Shown here: piece after piece, positions 58,801-64,000 of the stretch
Position numbering within the stretch: the first letter of the stretch is position 1
Layout of the letters: each line of letters begins with the position of its first letter
From: Candidatus Anderseniibacteriota bacterium
Lineage (GTDB): Bacteria; Patescibacteriota; Andersenbacteria; UBA10190
Reading direction: 5' to 3'
Length of the DNA stretch: 64,000 nucleotides
Assembly: GCA_021414205.1 (NCBI GenBank)
Contig: JAIOOW010000002.1
Location: 340,171 to 404,170, forward strand
The notes under the pieces: model-generated
The model's database searches: none
What the model was told of the DNA's origin: nothing
What the model saw: the letters and a program-made list of their open reading frames with translations, nothing else
Made by a program: the position numbers and the translations under genes

Positions 58801-58830
58801 AAAAATATCCCGCCGAAGCGGGAATATTTT
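58801..58830 (-). terminator. groL terminator
   Basis: AAAAATAT-CCCGC-CGAA-GCGGG-AATATTTTT hairpin. Confidence 0.75.
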
Positions 58831-58846
58831 ATTCTGGAATTAATTG

Positions 58847-60523
<1,677 letters not shown>

Positions 60524-60817
60524 TTAATTGCGAATTACTCCAAGAATCTTATTCTCGCTCATCATAAGATAGTTTTCTCCATCTATTTCAACATCTTCGG
60601 CTCCGTATTCTGCGAACACTACCTTGTCTCCGACTTTTACAGACATCGGCGCGATACTTCCATCATCCATTCGCTTTCCCGCGCCAACTGCCACAACCTC
60701 TCCTTGGACAGATTTTTTATGGTTAGAAGTGTCAGCGACGATTAATCCCGATTTTCGTACTTCCTCTTTTGCATAAGGCATAACAACGACATTATCGTGA
60801 AGTGGCTCAATATTCAT
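60524..60817 (-). CDS. groS: Co-chaperonin GroES
   Basis: PLHDNVVV, GEVVAVG-x-G, VKVGDKV. Confidence 0.96.
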   Translation of the reverse strand: MNIEPLHDNVVVMPYAKEEVRKSGLIVADTSNHKKSVQGEVVAVGAGKRMDDGSIAPMSVKVGDKVVFAEYGAEDVEIDGENYLMMSENKILGVIRN

Positions 60818-60878
60818 ACAATAAGAATGGTTATATTAGTTTAAAACGGGATACGAACAAATATGTTCATACCCAATA

Positions 60879-60905
60879 TTAGCAGTCTATCTTCGCGACT
60901 GCTAA
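60879..60905. promoter_or_regulatory. CIRCE-like operator upstream of groES
   Basis: TTAGCAGTC-N9-GACTGCTAA versus consensus TTAGCACTC-N9-GAGTGCTAA. Confidence 0.8.
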
Positions 60906-61855
60906 GCGTCAAGAGAAAATGCTCGCACGATTGCAGGCACTTTTGTATCCGGATGAAAGGCTAGCTCACTACCCGTAAGCACAATTCTGCCATGTTCTGG
61001 AGCGCCGCCCTGATTCTTCCAATGGCGAAATATAACCCACTGCTGGAGACGTTCTGCAATATGCTCAATTCCATCTCCAATCGGTTCAAGCAACAACAAT
61101 TCTACTTGGCGTTTTATAAACTGAATGCTGTTTGGCAAAAAAATAGTGTACTGATGCTGCAATCTTGGCGCGACCGGAACATGCACATACGAATCCATCC
61201 ATCCGGAATTGCGCTGAGTAAACGTACGCTCCACTTCATCATTATAAATAGGAACCAGCATGGCATACTGCATTGCCATGCACACGTTCTGAATATCTTT
61301 TGAAACGGTCAACCTGTCTTTTGCTAAATAATGATTCAGGCAAAGCATATCTGGGGCTTGCTGAGAGTTATATGTTCGACGTCGGCCAAGTAATTGCGAA
61401 ACAATCAACAGCGCAAGACGCGTCGTCCAAATCCTGCCACTATCTACAATAACCAGTATATCTAAGTCGCTGGAATATTTTGTATTATCAATTGCAAGAC
61501 TCCCCGATCCGCCAAGCCCGCGAACGAACGGGACCAATGCCAAAAACGGAGCGCATCTTTTTACAATCTTCCACTTATCCTGAGCGATGGCGTGACGGCG
61601 AAGTCGCTGGCGAATAAGCGGAAGCCGTCCTCGTTTTACAAAGTATCCGAATTGAGTTTCTAGTTTTTCGAGAAGGTACGGCGAATCTCGAAGCGAATCC
61701 TGCACTTCATGCAGCGACGGAGTGCGCTTATAATGAGTCTTTCCTCGAATTAAATACATCCATATCTGCGTCGCCGTTACGGGCATATCGTAGATATCGA
61801 AAAAATGAACGGTATCGTAGATGGATTGTTCAAACTCACTAGGCATCCAAATCAA
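60902..61855 (-). CDS. Nucleotidyltransferase-fold protein
   Basis: GSGSLA...SDLDILVI (GS...DxD), GRIW-x-x-R, CLN. Confidence 0.65.
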   Translation of the reverse strand: MIWMPSEFEQSIYDTVHFFDIYDMPVTATQIWMYLIRGKTHYKRTPSLHEVQDSLRDSPYLLEKLETQFGYFVKRGRLPLIRQRLRRHAIAQDKWKIVKRCAPFLALVPFVRGLGGSGSLAIDNTKYSSDLDILVIVDSGRIWTTRLALLIVSQLLGRRRTYNSQQAPDMLCLNHYLAKDRLTVSKDIQNVCMAMQYAMLVPIYNDEVERTFTQRNSGWMDSYVHVPVAPRLQHQYTIFLPNSIQFIKRQVELLLLEPIGDGIEHIAERLQQWVIFRHWKNQGGAPEHGRIVLTGSELAFHPDTKVPAIVRAFSLDA

Positions 61856-63548
61856 ATGAGTTATCAGGAGTAGCCGGCTTTATCCCCTCATACACGCGCA
61901 TAATTTCCGCTCCGAATTTATTAACTTGCGTGGTAATTAATTTAATCGATCCTTTATATTTTTGCGCATACTGATCCGCATCCCACATCGTAGACTGCGT
62001 AAAAATAATTTGCTGACCCGCAGGCACGAGCGGCCCTAAGCCTTTGGTGGAATCTGCAACGGAATATAACTGCTTACTATCTAATGAATGATCAGTATAA
62101 TCACTCGCACCCACACTATCTAAGAAATGCGTCGTCTGCGCAAAGTATGGATCGATATCGAGAATCGGCCGAGGATTATTCGGATGACGCTGCGCGTACT
62201 CTTTGATATACGCAGAAATAACTGTTAAATCTCCGCGATATTCGATATATGCCTCCGGACTGTTTCGAGAAATAACAAAATACAGCGAGATATCGTACAT
62301 GCCGAAGACTATGATGATGCCGATAATTGCACCGTAGGCAATGCCAATTATTTTTCTCTTTTTAGCCCATGCAAGTACATATCGAATACAAAGCGCCCCT
62401 GCAAACCCTGCCATAATATAAATAGGCGCTGCCATTCCCACAGAACGCAACGCATGCGGAATACCTTCCGCAGTTGTTACCACAGGCGCCATCATGCCGA
62501 GTAGTACAAGCAATAAATACGGAAATATCATTCCAAGGTGAATTATTTTTCCACTCGTCATTTTTACAAATACATCCCACGTACCCTTCAACACAAACAG
62601 CAATCCTAATACAAACAACAATCCGACTAAAGGATTTAACAGTGGGTAACCGGAAACATTTTGCCGCCAGTTGATATCCCCATGCGTAAAGAACGACAAA
62701 ATTGTTCCTGTTACAGAATATTGGAGCGTACCAAGGAGCGTACCGCCTCCGAATTGCTGTTCAAGTTGCTTGTTAAATATAGATACTTGCCCCGCCCTCC
62801 CAATAAATTCTTTTGGATGATGATAAAAATATGACGCAAGCGGCAAGATAACAAGAATGGCACAGGCAAGAGCAATACCTGCTTGCGATCTATATTTCTT
62901 AATATGAGGCAATCCAATTTTTGGATGCAGTGCGGCAAGCAAGAGCAATACGACTATTCCCAACACAACGCCGATCATCGATCGATATGCAATATAGGTA
63001 TAAAACCCTCCAGAAAACGCAGCTCCAGAAAGCACTGCGTACCAATACGATAATCCGATTTGTTTTTTCTTTACTACTTGCACCACCCTGCCCACAAACC
63101 ACGTGAACAGCGCAACAAATAACGGCACCATAATTGCGCGAAAGCCCGTACGAGATAATGCGACGTGCCATGAGCTAGTTGCCAAAAATGTTGCCGCTAG
63201 TAAACCTGCCAATCTTCCAAAATACACGCTCGTTGCAAAATAGATTGCAATCACCGTCGCAACACCGACTGCAATAGATCCTAAATACATCTGCCACACG
63301 CCAATGCCGAATGCCTTAATTGAGATAGCATCTAAGTAGAAAAACAGAGCCTCTCTGCCATTCCCGCGCGGATAAAACGGCCGCGTATCGCCCTTCAAAA
63401 TAAGAAGCGCATCTTCCCCGTTTGCTGCTACATCCGGAAATAACCCCGCAGGATAGTTTTTAATATCGTATAATCGAACAGCGCCGGCCAATGCACCAAT
63501 TGCAACAATAGCCAGACTCACACCAAGAAGGATAAGCTTTCGCTTCAT
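61839..63548 (-). CDS. GT-C glycosyltransferase (ArnT/PMT_2-like)
   Basis: Multi-TM; P-x-GL-x-x-D, NGRE-x-LF-x-Y, WH-x-x-LSR. Confidence 0.8.
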   Translation of the reverse strand: MKRKLILLGVSLAIVAIGALAGAVRLYDIKNYPAGLFPDVAANGEDALLILKGDTRPFYPRGNGREALFFYLDAISIKAFGIGVWQMYLGSIAVGVATVIAIYFATSVYFGRLAGLLAATFLATSSWHVALSRTGFRAIMVPLFVALFTWFVGRVVQVVKKKQIGLSYWYAVLSGAAFSGGFYTYIAYRSMIGVVLGIVVLLLLAALHPKIGLPHIKKYRSQAGIALACAILVILPLASYFYHHPKEFIGRAGQVSIFNKQLEQQFGGGTLLGTLQYSVTGTILSFFTHGDINWRQNVSGYPLLNPLVGLLFVLGLLFVLKGTWDVFVKMTSGKIIHLGMIFPYLLLVLLGMMAPVVTTAEGIPHALRSVGMAAPIYIMAGFAGALCIRYVLAWAKKRKIIGIAYGAIIGIIIVFGMYDISLYFVISRNSPEAYIEYRGDLTVISAYIKEYAQRHPNNPRPILDIDPYFAQTTHFLDSVGASDYTDHSLDSKQLYSVADSTKGLGPLVPAGQQIIFTQSTMWDADQYAQKYKGSIKLITTQVNKFGAEIMRVYEGIKPATPDNSFDLDA

Positions 63549-63573
63549 GTGCTAAGCATAGCACAACTTGAGC

Positions 63574-64000
63574 CTACAGCGCCTTTTTCAAATACTGCCC
63601 GGTAATACTTGCCTTTACTTCCGCAATTTCGCGTGGAGTTCCTTCTGCAACCAAGTGCCCGCCCTTATCTCCACCATCCGGACCCATGTCAATTAAATGA
63701 TCCGCAGATTTAATAATGTCGATGTTGTGCTCGATCACTAAGACGCTATTGCCTTTATCTACTAGTTTCTGAAGAACGGCGAGCAATCTATTTACGTCAT
63801 CAAAATGCAATCCTGTTGTCGGTTCATCGAGAATATATAACGTTTTACCCGTTGCCCTGCGAGATAATTCCGTTGCAAGTTTAATTCTCTGCGCTTCTCC
63901 TCCGGATAACGTCGTCGCGCTCTGGCCCAAGTGAATATATCCCAACCCTACGTCGCACAATGTCTGCAATTTATCTTTAATAGACGGAATTGCATGGAAG
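63574..64000 (-). CDS. uvrA: Excinuclease ABC subunit A (3' part)
   Basis: [39 protein letters not shown]. Confidence 0.95.
   Translation of the reverse strand, partial: FHAIPSIKDKLQTLCDVGLGYIHLGQSATTLSGGEAQRIKLATELSRRATGKTLYILDEPTTGLHFDDVNRLLAVLQKLVDKGNSVLVIEHNIDIIKSADHLIDMGPDGGDKGGHLVAEGTPREIAEVKASITGQYLKKAL

Noticed and set aside
61839-63548. GT-C enzyme as the glycosylator of the PT-stalk proteins
   Set aside because: It is about 10 kb away with no linkage evidence, and such genes are common.

Overview
Bacterial DNA with compact genes and many apparently leaderless starts. The gene content and the integrase style suggest Patescibacteria/CPR (inference). Bases 1-27 kb are an accessory region of small stress, membrane and redox genes, a plastid/Chlamydia-type glycerol-3-phosphate acyltransferase module, a ColD-like/GT4 pair, a CsoR-copA heavy-metal cluster, a DUF4238 pair and a thermonuclease. 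Bases 27.5-36.2 kb are an integrative element (TPR protein, DUF5659-like protein, primase-helicase, large serine recombinase) whose recombinase ORF ends inside the 3' end of tRNA-Asn. Bases 36-64 kb are mostly core genes (gpmI, rpoD, dnaG, glgA, glgP, ABC-F, mscL, tRNA-Ser, pyk, groESL, uvrA), interrupted by a 7.6 kb cluster of paralogous, modular Pro-Thr-stalked surface proteins. The most notable observations are three. (1) A degenerate two-armed repeat lies between gene modules at 9.7-16.2 kb and resembles the recombinase-end/tRNA junction, suggesting an integron-like cassette array built by a serine recombinase. (2) The surface-protein cluster reuses three modules in different combinations. 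(3) Large structured RNA leaders precede the recombinase and a cargo operon. All calls come from reading the sequence; no searches were run.
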